64,000 nt of DNA from Bacteroidales bacterium (GTDB lineage Bacteria; Bacteroidota; Bacteroidia; Bacteroidales; UBA10428): assembly GCA_016934395.1 (NCBI GenBank), contig JAFGSZ010000017.1, forward strand, positions 54,345-118,344, read 5' to 3'. Both the position numbers and the translations under genes were made by a program. The notes beneath the pieces are model-generated. The model did no database searches. It worked only from the letters and a program-made list of their open reading frames with translations, and was not told the origin of the DNA. Each line of letters begins with the position of its first letter. Position 1 is the stretch's first letter. Positions 20,098 to 30,812 of this stretch are shown piece by piece.

Positions 20098-21504
20098 TTA
20101 AAAACAACCTGTGCCATCCCAGCAGTGCGTGCAGAGTTTTTCTTTTGGCATACCGATGGCATCAACCAAATCGTTAAGCTGTTGAAATTTGAGTGTAGAT
20201 AAATTGAGTGTTTTTCTAATTTGCTCGATCATGGCCATGTATTTACCATTTTTAGTATCGGAATACTCGCTAAAATCGACATCTTCGCGACCTTCGATGA
20301 TTTTTATGGCCTTACGTGTGGCTAAATCAAAGTTAGAACGAGAACGGCTGAAATTTAAAAACTCGCATGGATAGGTTAATGGCGGACAAGCGATGCGCAT
20401 GTGAATTTCCCGAATGCCTCCGGCATGCAAATGGCGAACATTATCTTTTAGCTGTGTACCCCTCACGATAGAATCGTCCAGGAATATCCCTTTTTTTCCT
20501 TTAATCACAGAATGATTGGTTATCAGTTTCATTTTGGCAACAAGATCTCGGGTATCCTGGCTCTGTGGCATAAAACTCCGTGGCCATGTGGGAGTATACT
20601 TGGTATATGGCCGTTTTAACGGTATTCTCTTTTCATTGCTGTACCCTATGGCATGACCCACTCCCGAATCGGGAATACCTGCAACAAAATCAGCTTCTAT
20701 ATTATCGTTTTTTGCCAATGCAGCACCGCAACGATAGCGGGTCTCATCTACATTAATGTTTTCGTAAAACGAAGGTGGATAGCCATAATAGACCCATAAG
20801 AAAGAACATATCTGCATTTTATCTTTAGGTTTCTGTACCTGCCGGTACCCATCAGCAGTAATAACAAGAATTTCACCAGGTCCTAAATAGTATTCCGTAT
20901 CAAAATCTAGGTTAGGAAAGGCACTGGTTTCAAATGATACTGCATATGCATCTTTCTTTTTCCCGATAATTATCGGAGTCCTGCCAAACTTATCGCGTGC
21001 AGCAATTAATTTATCTGCTGTCATAATCAGTATTGAGCAGGAACCTTCAATTTTTTCAAATACACTGCTTATCCCCGATACAAAACTTTCGCATTCGGCT
21101 ATAAGCATGGCTACTAATTCGGTGGGATTTACACTTCCCTGGCTGGTTTCCGAGAAAGTGTGGTGATTGCCGATACATTTTTTTTCCAGTTCATCAATAT
21201 TTTTGATTTTACCTACGGTTGCAACAGCAAAACGCCCCAAATGTGATGTTACTACAATGGGTTGCGCTTCGTAATCGCTAATGATACCAATGCCACAATT
21301 CCCGGAAAATCCTTTTATATCGTTTTCAAATTTATTCCTGAAATATCCGTCTTCAAGACTATGAATCGCCCTTTGAAATCCGCTATCTTTCGAAAAAAAT
21401 GATAATCCTGCCCTTTTTGTACCCAGATGCGAATGATAATCGGTACCATAAAACACATCCATCACACAATTATTCTTTGAGATACAACCAAAAAATCCAC
21501 TCAT
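20098..21504 (-). CDS. purF: Amidophosphoribosyltransferase (class II glutamine amidotransferase plus PRTase domain)
   Basis: 468 aa. Short propeptide before the nucleophile Cys (MSGFFGC). PRPP-binding loop IFLDDSIVRGTQ. Confidence 0.75.
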   Translation of the reverse strand: MSGFFGCISKNNCVMDVFYGTDYHSHLGTKRAGLSFFSKDSGFQRAIHSLEDGYFRNKFENDIKGFSGNCGIGIISDYEAQPIVVTSHLGRFAVATVGKIKNIDELEKKCIGNHHTFSETSQGSVNPTELVAMLIAECESFVSGISSVFEKIEGSCSILIMTADKLIAARDKFGRTPIIIGKKKDAYAVSFETSAFPNLDFDTEYYLGPGEILVITADGYRQVQKPKDKMQICSFLWVYYGYPPSFYENINVDETRYRCGAALAKNDNIEADFVAGIPDSGVGHAIGYSNEKRIPLKRPYTKYTPTWPRSFMPQSQDTRDLVAKMKLITNHSVIKGKKGIFLDDSIVRGTQLKDNVRHLHAGGIREIHMRIACPPLTYPCEFLNFSRSRSNFDLATRKAIKIIEGREDVDFSEYSDTKNGKYMAMIEQIRKTLNLSTLKFQQLNDLVDAIGMPKEKLCTHCWDGTGCF

Positions 21505-22022
21505 AAATATTTATTATATACTAAATTTTATTTGATTTAACTAATTTCTTAATGATAATCCTTTAGCAAAATTTTGATATTCAACATATTTCGACATTCT
21601 TTTTACAACATAATTTCCGGATCAAATTAAGTTTAATTTGATGAAGATAGGATTGATATTAAATGCTAAAAATAATGATTTTTAGTCACGAACTTCTCAA
21701 CTCTTAATAAAAGAGCTGAATTGTTAATATTTTATTAAATTACTTTTTGTATTGGGGAGTGAGTGATACTTAATTCCATGAGAGCAGCGAAACTAAACTT
21801 ATAAGCAAAAGCTGTCTGCCGTTAGTCAGGTTCATCCCGGCGAGTAAAACGAAAGTTATGAATTTCTAAAGTCGAACCAGCCTAATAGAATGTAATTTTT
21901 ACCAAATCCAATTTTTTATGGATATAAATTTCCAGAATGTCCAATATTTTAATTGGCTAGTAGATACCATAATAATACTTCTTATTACAGTAAGTTTGTT
22001 TCGAAAACAACCTAAATAATAT

Positions 22023-22583
22023 CTAGTGCAGATTAATTAGATTATATTCTCCTCGCTGACTTAATCTTAAAAAGGCCTCTTCTCTTGCTTTTTTAGAATG
22101 CTCTTTTTCATTTAATTCTGCCGGTTTCCAGTTCATTTTTTTCAATTCCTCCCAGGAATAATCCAGCATTATGGAATCGTCATAAAAGACCTCCTCCCCT
22201 CTTTTATCAAAGAGGTAGGCAGGGCTTACGATGTACAACACATGAGTATCTTCATTAGATTTATTTATCAGTTGAAAAAATTCACCGCCAATTGATATGG
22301 CAGAATGGTTAGCATATAATTCTACCGGGTAAGAATCATTATCGTTTTTTCCTTTCATGCGCAGCGTAATTTTACCAGATAGCACATAGGTTACCTGATC
22401 CACATATGGATGTACATGAATTTTAGAACTTTCATGCTTTTTGATAATTCCATATGCCACGCTGAATCCGTCTATTAAATTAAATGGTAAGTTGCTCGTG
22501 GAATCTTTGGGGTTCAGAAATGCAGATAACATTGTTCCATCCGGAATTTCGAAAAATTCTTTAGGTTCAAAAATTTGATTCAT
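22023..22583 (-). CDS. Cupin-domain protein of unknown function
   Basis: 186 aa. Cupin motif region KIHVHPYVDQVTYVLSGK ... HVLYIV. No signal peptide. Confidence 0.6.
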   Translation of the reverse strand: MNQIFEPKEFFEIPDGTMLSAFLNPKDSTSNLPFNLIDGFSVAYGIIKKHESSKIHVHPYVDQVTYVLSGKITLRMKGKNDNDSYPVELYANHSAISIGGEFFQLINKSNEDTHVLYIVSPAYLFDKRGEEVFYDDSIMLDYSWEELKKMNWKPAELNEKEHSKKAREEAFLRLSQRGEYNLINLH

Positions 22584-22700
22584 TGCCTTTATTTTAAATT
22601 GTGGATATAGAAAATTGCTTCTACTTATGGATCCTTTTCAAAGAGATCCTGAAGATATTAATTATCAATGTAAATTATAAAGAATTTATCATCCTGATTC

Positions 22701-23642
22701 CTAGTCAATAAATACCATGTCAAGATTAGGATTAATGCAGGGCAACCAAAAATCGTTTAGGTTTATCCGTGCTGTTCCATCTTCAGTCCAAGTAACTATT
22801 CTCATCTCAATTACAAAGTTGATAGTTGTTCCTTCATAAAGCCTGAAACATTCGTTGCGATTGTTTACCCGGTACCATCTTTTTAATTCATCTCTGGTGG
22901 TTCCGATGCCGGATATTTTTGTTTCCCGGGCTTCCAGGGTAAGAACCCTGATGTAGGTTACGGGGCCGGGAATATGCAACCCTGAACTTAACCATATTTC
23001 CAACATGGAATCCAACTCCCATAATCCGCTACCGGTAAGCTTGTAATCTACATTAACATAAAATTTTGAAGCTGCTGTATTAAAAAAGTAGTAACCTGTA
23101 CGTGGAACATCCATGGTCCAGGCCAGTAATAATCTCCCACCCATATATTTTCCTGTATCATAATTTCTTAACTGACCTGCATTTGTCCAGCCCAGTCTCC
23201 CCCCGTAAACATCGGTAACTGAAGGTGCAAAATCCAGGTCACCCTGGCTGATACCTTTCCAAAATGTCATGTATAAAGGGCTTTCCGGAGGATCATCTTC
23301 TGCTTGTTTATGATCTTGCCACTGATATGATGCTGCAGATGCTTTCGGTATTGGAAACACAATTCCTTCTTTTTTCTGCATTTCCTGCATTTCTAACCAT
23401 TCTGGTTCTACCTGTTCTGTGCTATGCTGGCATGTTTTTATAAAATCCAAATAACCTTCCCTGATCTTGGAAGCATCAGTAAGATTTTTTTCCATAGCAT
23501 CAAGGTAGCGTTTCTTTTTTTGCATCAACTGAATTTTCTGTTCAATGGTATATCCCGATTTACAGGTTCTCTCCAATTCTATTGCTTTTCCGATTGCCTG
23601 TATAACCTCTAATTGTTTTTTGTCTTCCGGTTTGTTTTTCAT
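22701..23642 (-). CDS. Hypothetical protein (313 aa): K/E-rich helical N-terminus and beta-rich C-terminal domain
   Basis: Long ORF with no antisense competitor and no motif I recognise. No signal peptide. It is co-directional with the cupin gene and 38 nt downstream of the GH16 gene. Confidence 0.55.
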   Translation of the reverse strand: MKNKPEDKKQLEVIQAIGKAIELERTCKSGYTIEQKIQLMQKKKRYLDAMEKNLTDASKIREGYLDFIKTCQHSTEQVEPEWLEMQEMQKKEGIVFPIPKASAASYQWQDHKQAEDDPPESPLYMTFWKGISQGDLDFAPSVTDVYGGRLGWTNAGQLRNYDTGKYMGGRLLLAWTMDVPRTGYYFFNTAASKFYVNVDYKLTGSGLWELDSMLEIWLSSGLHIPGPVTYIRVLTLEARETKISGIGTTRDELKRWYRVNNRNECFRLYEGTTINFVIEMRIVTWTEDGTARINLNDFWLPCINPNLDMVFID

Positions 23643-23680
23643 AACATTATTTTTAAGGTTTAATAAATAGAAGAGAAATA

Positions 23681-26092
23681 TTAGTTTTCGTGTTTTACCA
23701 ACAGTTTCAGATAAGTAGAAGATAAACCAGTTTTAACTTCCATAAAATAAAATCCATCCGGTAGATTATTTACTGGAATACTTTGTATTCTTTTTTCATT
23801 TAATATTTTTTTTATAACACATCCGGTGCTATTGTATAGAATAAGGCTTGCAGGTTTAACTGAAAGGATATTCACAACATCAGTTGCAGGATTGGGAAAT
23901 ATTTTCATTTCCTCATTTTGTTTTAAAACCTCAAGTGCTGAGGTTTCTTCGCATATATCCCCAATACCATCGCCATCAGTATCGTTTTGATCCGGATTGG
24001 AAGAATCCGGACAGTTATCACACGCATTGCCTATATCATCGCTATCTGTATCTTCCTGACCTACATTAGCGATTGAAGGGCAATTATCCAGATGATCTTC
24101 GATGCCGTCATTATCTTCATCGAATTTTTTTCTGACCAGATTTATTTTATCAATAATAACTGAAGAAGTATCCATCCCCAGTTCGAAAGAAAGTCTTAGG
24201 GAAGGCATTATTGCGGTATAGGGGAATTCGTAGAAATATTCCTCTAAAGAGGTACTCAGATCTACTTCTTCATAAATAAGAGTTGTGTTAGGCGCTTCAT
24301 CCAGACCCAGATAAACATACATTGGTCTGTCTTCTTTCGTGGATGATGCTTCAAATGAAAGGATATAGATTGAATCTTTCTTAAGCCGGTTTCGCTGCGA
24401 TTCGCTGAAGAACTGCATTAATTGTATATACCAGCTTACCGGTTCTTCGGAAATTGTAATATCAGAGATTGAGCAGGTACCCTCCTCCAGCGTCATATTT
24501 CCGGTGGAATTCTCGCTATAAACCTGGAAAAGGATCCATGCATCTAGGTTACATTGATCAAAATAACCATTCCTGATAATATTGTCCGGGTCAATTATTC
24601 CCGGGATACATGGTTTTTCCAGGTGTAAATCAAACTTATCAAAAAAGAGAGTTCCAGTCTGGTAACCAATATCCAGCTTAAATAATCCATGATAATCCTG
24701 CATGGTTGTAAAAGAAAAGGTATACTCCTGCCAATCTTCTGTCAACACATAGTGCTGTAAAAATAACAGGTCATATGGTTCTTCTCCATTTAATAAAACC
24801 ACATCGATTTCATCTCCTTCATTTAGGGATCTTGCCCAGAAACTTCCTTGATAAACACCCATTCCGTTAAGATATGCATCAGACCTCATTAAGCAGGTAT
24901 AGGAATAAATTTCACCAGGATCATACACTTCCGCTTTAATAAATTTTCCATCCAGCGGCAATGGATCATCTTCAAGAAAAAATCGCGCACCCCATGGATA
25001 TGCACTGTGTGATCAGTATTTAATATCGTTCGTAAAGTTGCCATTAAGAAGTACATTATTGGTTACAGAAACGGGATATGAAATTGCTGTAGTGTATTCA
25101 TCTTTTGTTAACGAAAGTTCAATGTCACCCCCTTCATCATTCCATCGTACAACAATGCGATCGGTACCCTGTCCTGTTAGAATTTGAGCATGTTCAGGTA
25201 CATTCCAGTTGTAGGTAGCTCCTTCAATTTCCGGACCCTGGTATATTTCTTTTGTATTCCAAAAGACATATTGGTTTCCACTGATTTCTGTATTATCCAG
25301 TTTTTGATATACCCTGATATAATCTGTAACCATAGAGGCCGAGTCGATATCAAAATAAGCTCCGCAGGCCAGGCTGAGAATAACATGGAAGGGACAATCG
25401 TAAGGCCAGTTTTCATACCCTGTATAATCGTTATGGAAAGTGAAATACATGCTGTCGTCTACAAAAAAATTGACACTATCCTGGTACCATTCAAGAGCGT
25501 AAATATGAAATTCGCTGTCTGCATTTTCTGTTTCCATACTTCCCTGACAAACATCCTCACCATAGATATGATTATATTTTTCTGTACCTATATTACCCCA
25601 TATTTTATTAACATTTTCAGTAAAAACTTCAAAAATGTCGATTTCACCACTGGTTGGCCACCAGCCATAGTTGCCATTCTCATACACAATCCAAAAGGCT
25701 GCTGTGAGATTAGGAGCAGAGGGAAGTTTGATTCTGGCCTCCATTCGGCCGTATGTCCATGCGATTTTTTCAGAAGTCCTGATAATGCCTGAGGTATTTT
25801 CCTGGTCGAGGTAATTTTCTTTTCGGGCATTAAGGTAAAGATAGCCGTCTTTTAAAAGTATATTTTCAGGTCTGCCTGTTGAATAGTGATAGGGTTCCGG
25901 TCTTTTATCGGGAGTCCAGAAACTTGTATCCAATACTTCCTCGTTAAATTCATCTGACCAGACGAGGTAGAGGGAATCGGCGAGTTCGGCAGTAAATACA
26001 ATGGTTCTTACTGCTACAAGCAGCAATATAAGTGCTTTATATCTTAAAAGTCTACCTGAAATGAGCATTGGTGTTTTTATTTTCTTTTTCAT
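23681..26092 (-). pseudogene. Secreted GH16 beta-glucanase-CBM-TSP3-T9SS protein interrupted by a single in-frame TGA (25013-25015)
   Basis: The upstream part (25016-26092) has a signal peptide and the GH16 catalytic motif GEIDIFE. The downstream part (23681-25012) is in the same frame. It has two CBM-like jelly-roll regions, thrombospondin type-3 Asp-rich repeats (DTDSDDIGNACDNCPDSSNPDQNDTDGDGIGD) and a Por/T9SS C-terminal domain (KIFPNPATDVVNI...). Reading through would give about 800 aa. Confidence 0.8.
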
Positions 26093-26402
26093 TTGTAAAT
26101 ATTTTTTTACCATCTTTTGCATCTACAAGGAAGATTTCGGTTCCGTCGGGAGACCATGCAGGAAAATCAACACTTACATAATGATCAAATAACTGTTCCT
26201 GATTACTCCCATCACTGTTCATTAAAAATATTTGATGCCTGAAATTTAAGTCTCTAATAAACGCAATCTTTCTGTCAGTTAAGGTAGTATCAGAGTCACC
26301 ACATACAAAAAGCAAAAGACAAAATCCACAGAGTATTAATATTAAAATTACAGGATGGATTAGGTTTATATTTTTTTTGAAAATACTTTGATTTTTTTTC
26401 AT
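26052..26402 (-). CDS. Membrane-anchored PD40/TolB-like repeat fragment (probably a truncated gene)
   Basis: 116 aa. N-terminal TM anchor, then a single PD40-like blade (KIAFIRD...IFLMNSDGSNQEQL...PAWSPDGTEIFLV). Its 3' end overlaps the GH16 start in another frame. Confidence 0.45.
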   Translation of the reverse strand: MKKNQSIFKKNINLIHPVILILILCGFCLLLFVCGDSDTTLTDRKIAFIRDLNFRHQIFLMNSDGSNQEQLFDHYVSVDFPAWSPDGTEIFLVDAKDGKKIFTNEKENKNTNAHFR

Positions 26403-26765
26403 TGAATTAAGGTTAAATTAACTTATAACTGATGCAATACTTTTAAGAGTTTTAATAATTTAAATGGTTTAGTTATGATAATTCTTTTGTCTATTAAAGG
26501 CTATCAATAACCGATAAAAGCCTACTGTAAAATAATAGTAATTTAGAATCTGATAATTAACATAATCGTTGCAAACTATTTTAAATTTGGGAATACAAAT
26601 GTTGCATTTAGGTATTCTGGTTGCATTTTCTAATCCATCCTGAAGAAATCGAAATTCAGCAGGCTGAAGCAAAGTCAACACAATATGAATACTTGATACA
26701 AATTTGTTTGGTAACATTGAACTCATTTACTTTATTCACAGGCTATTGTTTTATAAATGACATAT

Positions 26766-27044
26766 TTATTCCTTAAGTATTAATCCTAAAGGTTGTTTTT
26801 TTGCTACTTCGATCAATTCGTCCAGCAACTGTCTTAATTTCTCTGACTTCTCAGGCAAAGGCACTGAATCAATAGCAACACTGCCTTTACTGACCTTCTT
26901 TGCCTTTTCAGGTGTTGTCCAAATGCCGATAGCCACTATATCATTAATCAAAGCAACTGTCGTTGAAACTGAATATAATTTTACAATTTCTTCCAGCTTT
27001 CGTTTAAAAAGTTCTTTTTGTACTGATTTATCTGTTTTTTTCAT
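26766..27044 (-). CDS. Hypothetical small protein (92 aa)
   Basis: ORF with a charged helical N- and C-terminus. No recognisable motif. Confidence 0.4.
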   Translation of the reverse strand: MKKTDKSVQKELFKRKLEEIVKLYSVSTTVALINDIVAIGIWTTPEKAKKVSKGSVAIDSVPLPEKSEKLRQLLDELIEVAKKQPLGLILKE

Positions 27045-27327
27045 TTCTAAGTAGAATTATTCATATAGTAATACATTCTCAAATGCCGCATAGTTTTTTT
27101 CACGTAAACATTGAAAATCGGCATGGTGGTTTATACATAATTATTTATACATACCGATTTAGTAAATGATAATGATCGCATATTTAAACACTTAATAGAA
27201 TTCAGGATTTAATTTACAACCAGACAACAGCTAAAGCAAAAAAATGGTACGAACGGAGATTATGATGTTACAAACACCATTTGTTTATTGAAGATTAAGT
27301 GAATAGAAATTTTAACAGAGGTCAGAA

Positions 27328-28065
27328 TCAGAAAATAATATTTAGGTTTTTTCTGATATTTTCTTTATACATTTTGCCAATAGGGATCGTTGTTTTATCG
27401 ATTAAAATCTCGTTAGGTCTCACAGAATCGATATATTCAAAATTAACGGCATATGATTTATGTACTTGCAATAATGATTTTAATTTTATATTCTGAAATA
27501 ATTCAATAAAAGTCGATCTTATCAGGAACTTCCTTTGATTGGTGCAGTGCATTTCCAGGTAATTGCCTTCTGATTTAATCCATATTATATCATGTATCCT
27601 GATTTTTTCAAACTGAAATTTATGTTTAACAAAAATATATTCATTAAAAATATAGTTATCTGTTTCTTTATCAGGTGAAAGAGATTTTGATTTTAAAAAA
27701 TTTGAAAGTGCTATTTCCACTGAAGTAAACAAATCCTTTTTATCAAAGGGTTTTACAATATATCCGTCAGGATTTGCCAGCTTTGCTCTTTCAACGGTAG
27801 CTTTATCGGAGTGGGAAGTAACGAATATAACAGGTAGATTATTTTTTTCTTTAATAGATTGCGCTAGTGAAATACCATCGATATTACCTCTAAGCTGTAT
27901 ATCGATAAGAGCAATATCAGGTAATTCTTTTTCCAGTAAATCCTCTGCTTCATTATAATCGCACGCTACTCCGATCACACTATATTCGAGTTCCCGGAGC
28001 ATTTCCTTCATATCTTCAGCTATTATTAACTCGTCCTCAACAATCAGTATTTTAATTTTACTCAT
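27328..28065 (-). CDS. LytTR-family response regulator (REC plus LytTR DNA-binding domain)
   Basis: REC domain KILIVEDELIIAEDM...DIALIDIQL...VIFVTSH, with a C-terminal LytTR-like region (IWIKSEGNYLEMHC...LQVHKSYAVN). Confidence 0.88.
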   Translation of the reverse strand: MSKIKILIVEDELIIAEDMKEMLRELEYSVIGVACDYNEAEDLLEKELPDIALIDIQLRGNIDGISLAQSIKEKNNLPVIFVTSHSDKATVERAKLANPDGYIVKPFDKKDLFTSVEIALSNFLKSKSLSPDKETDNYIFNEYIFVKHKFQFEKIRIHDIIWIKSEGNYLEMHCTNQRKFLIRSTFIELFQNIKLKSLLQVHKSYAVNFEYIDSVRPNEILIDKTTIPIGKMYKENIRKNLNIIF

Positions 28066-28118
28066 GGTTAGGTCGAACGTTTCGTTTATCCAAAATAAAA
28101 TTACCAGAAAAAATAATA

Positions 28119-29279
28119 TTATTCCATTTTTGATATTACCAATTTAAATTCCACTCCGTCGTTCAACTGATATTTTAAATCTGCATTCATTTGCCGGGTT
28201 AGAAGTTTGACTAGTTTCAAACCCAGGGTTTGACTTTCTTCTAAATCAAAATCTTTAGGAAATCCTTTTCCGTTGTCTTTAATCCTTAGGACAACATTCT
28301 TTTGTGGTGTGTTTTTGAAATGGATATCAATCTTGCCTTCTGACCTCCCTACAAATGCATGTTTGTATGCATTGGTAACAAGTTCGTTGGTTATTAATCC
28401 CAATGGCACAGCAGTATCAATATCCAATTGGGTATTATCGGTATTTATAATATAGCTGATTTTGTTTTCTGGCTTGCTAAATGTATTGTGCAATGAAACC
28501 ATAAGTTGTTTTAAATATTTGCCAAAGTCAATAGTTGTAAAACTGTCAGTTTGATAAAGCAGCTGATGGATTAACGCCATAGATTTTACCCTGCTTTGTC
28601 CTTCTTTAACAATTATTTGTGCATTTTCATCTGAAATACTACCTGATTGAAGGTTGAGTATACTACTGATCACCTGTAAATTATTCTTTACACGATGGTG
28701 TATTTCTTTCAGAAGAAGTTCACGCTCTTCCAACACGTTGGTTTCATTCTTTTTTATAATATTAACCATATAATTTATAGTAACTCCAAGAATACCGGAA
28801 AGGCTTAGAAGGAAAATATGATTAAACAATCCTTTTGGTTGATATTCAGGATAAAATGATAACAGGACAAAATGAAAAGACAGGATTAATAATAAGGCAA
28901 CTAAAAATTGTAATGGGTTAAAATCAAACACAACAGCAGAAGCAAGAATGAGAAAAATAAAACCTGTAACAGTAATTCCCTCATAACCTATTGTTAGAAA
29001 GGAAATAACTGAAATCGACCAGCTTAAAGGAATTAAAATAAGAAATCCCAGGAGACTAAATACTTTTTTACTGATTTTGTTTAAAAATATCAGCAATATA
29101 AGGAAGTAAAACACAAGTAACGAACGAATAAATAAGGATATATTATTACTTAAAATTTTTACTCCTTCAGTAAACCGGTCATATTCAAAATAAAAGCTAT
29201 ACCCTATTAGGGCAATAATACATAATATCAGCGCCCACTTAAAATACAGTTTCTGGCGATCATATTGAATTTCCTTCAT
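28119..29279 (-). CDS. Membrane sensor histidine kinase, HisKA_2 type
   Basis: About 6 N-terminal TM helices. H-box [20 protein letters not shown], with HATPase_c N- and G-boxes ([18 protein letters not shown]). Confidence 0.85.
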   Translation of the reverse strand: MKEIQYDRQKLYFKWALILCIIALIGYSFYFEYDRFTEGVKILSNNISLFIRSLLVFYFLILLIFLNKISKKVFSLLGFLILIPLSWSISVISFLTIGYEGITVTGFIFLILASAVVFDFNPLQFLVALLLILSFHFVLLSFYPEYQPKGLFNHIFLLSLSGILGVTINYMVNIIKKNETNVLEERELLLKEIHHRVKNNLQVISSILNLQSGSISDENAQIIVKEGQSRVKSMALIHQLLYQTDSFTTIDFGKYLKQLMVSLHNTFSKPENKISYIINTDNTQLDIDTAVPLGLITNELVTNAYKHAFVGRSEGKIDIHFKNTPQKNVVLRIKDNGKGFPKDFDLEESQTLGLKLVKLLTRQMNADLKYQLNDGVEFKLVISKME

Positions 29280-29887
29280 GTTACTGATTTAAAATTATTA
29301 TAAGTCATCCAAGCTTTGAGAGAATTGCTTCTTCCAACAAGCAACCATTACATTATTCAGGAATCTTCATGCTTTTGTGATGACTAAGCTCATAAAAAGA
29401 TATAATTTCATCATTGTCATTTCAGGTACAAGGTTTCTGATACACATGTTGTTGTCCGGCTTAATATTTAGAAATCCGGAAAGTTAAAACAAGATAAACC
29501 ATATATCTGTGTATTTCAAAATTAATTTAAAAATTACTTTATTATGTAATTCTTTTATCAAATAATATTCTGTTATATGGTTTTTGAAATGATTATGAAT
29601 ATGCTTTTGGAAGCCCTATAAACCTTAAAAAATACTCAAAAAATAAGCGATTCCCCAAACTTATTGTTGAATTGTGAAACACAAAATATTAATTTTAAAA
29701 TTTCCAATATATTAATATTGATATTACTTAAAATAAAAGATAACCATGCTGGTTTTATTTTTGTTCATATAAATTAATTATAGATTATTTGCCAAAATAT
29801 ACTTGATTTAATTATTCCTTAGAAGGCGGTTTATTATAATATTTTGTAATTTTACTGCTATATCCAGTACCTAAAACCTATAATCCT

Positions 29888-30775
29888 ATGAAATCAAAAA
29901 AAATTATTGTATCTGTTTGTATATTAATTTTTGCAATATCGCTGGTACATGGGCAGGATATCGAAGATATGGTATCTAAGTATACCCAGGAAAATGGCCA
30001 GGGATATATGCAACCATTAGCCGATGCTTTCGGTGCAACATTTAACAGCGGGCTTTATCATAGTGCGTCTATTAAAAAGCTGGGCTTTCAGGCCTATTTG
30101 GGCGTTGTGAGTTCTTTTGCATTTATACCGGATAGTAAAAAAACTTTTGAAGCTACCACTGAAGGGTTCTTTGAACCCGTAACTACAGCAGATGTTCCAA
30201 CAATATTCGGAGCTGCTGAATCAGTTGAGGTGGATGGAAATGGCGGAACAACTTATGTTTTTCCAGCAGGTCTTAATGTTTCCATGGTTCCTTTTATTGT
30301 TCCCCAACTAACCATCGGATCAGTTTATGGAACAGATCTTACGCTTCGGTACTTTTCGGTCGGAATAAATGAAGAACTTGGTGATGTGAAATTATTCAGC
30401 TGGGGAATCCGACACAGTATTAGTCAGCATTTTGATTTATTACCGGTGGATATTGCTGTTGGTTTTTATTCACAAACCTTTTCTATCGGCGATCTTGTTT
30501 CTGCAAAGGCTTCTGTTATTAATGCACAGGTTAGCCGAAATGTGATGCTGTTTACTTTTTATGGCGGACTGGGCTACGAAAATTCAAACCTGGATATAAA
30601 ATATACCAATACTGCCGAAGACACTGAAATATCTTTTAAATTAAAAGGGAACAATAAAATTCGGTTTACTGCGGGGGTTACCTTTAACCTGGGGCCGGTA
30701 AAAATAAATGTGGATTATAACCTCTCCGATCAGAGTGTATTATGTGCAGGCCTTGGCTTTGGTATCGGCAAATAA
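29888..30775 (+). CDS. Putative outer-membrane beta-barrel protein of unknown function
   Basis: 295 aa. Signal peptide ending VHGQ. Alternating hydrophobic beta-strand pattern, Gly/aromatic rich. Function unknown. Confidence 0.55.
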   Translation: MKSKKIIVSVCILIFAISLVHGQDIEDMVSKYTQENGQGYMQPLADAFGATFNSGLYHSASIKKLGFQAYLGVVSSFAFIPDSKKTFEATTEGFFEPVTTADVPTIFGAAESVEVDGNGGTTYVFPAGLNVSMVPFIVPQLTIGSVYGTDLTLRYFSVGINEELGDVKLFSWGIRHSISQHFDLLPVDIAVGFYSQTFSIGDLVSAKASVINAQVSRNVMLFTFYGGLGYENSNLDIKYTNTAEDTEISFKLKGNNKIRFTAGVTFNLGPVKINVDYNLSDQSVLCAGLGFGIGK

Positions 30776-30812
30776 TTAATACTGTTTAAAACCAAAACTT
30801 AAAATCCTTATC

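Noticed and set aside
21505-22022. A purine or ZTP riboswitch upstream of purF
   Set aside because: No pfl/ZTP or purine-riboswitch conserved core is visible by eye. The only structured piece belongs to the dispersed repeat family reported above.
25013-25015. Selenocysteine insertion or TGA reassignment (code 4/25) as the explanation for the in-frame TGA
   Set aside because: TGA terminates mnmE immediately after its conserved C-terminal CIGK. I see no SECIS-like stem-loop just downstream. The context is an extracellular carbohydrate-binding module where Trp is expected. A TGG-to-TGA mutation or a sequencing error is the simpler explanation.
25184-25792. 202-aa plus-strand ORF (also 25177-25416 and 25588-25830)
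   Set aside because: It is antisense or out of frame within the GH16 coding region, which carries a clear catalytic motif. These are typical shadow ORFs.
26469-26726. 85-aa minus-strand ORF
   Set aside because: It has unusual composition (Asn/Tyr/Ile/Phe-rich, typical of translated AT-rich DNA), no motif and a poor start context. It is probably non-coding, though I cannot exclude a small protein.
27130-27153. Direct repeat tttatacata (two copies, 14-bp period) as a LytTR binding site
   Set aside because: The spacing does not match the ~21-bp periodicity typical of LytTR sites, and the sequence is simple AT-rich DNA. The evidence is too weak.
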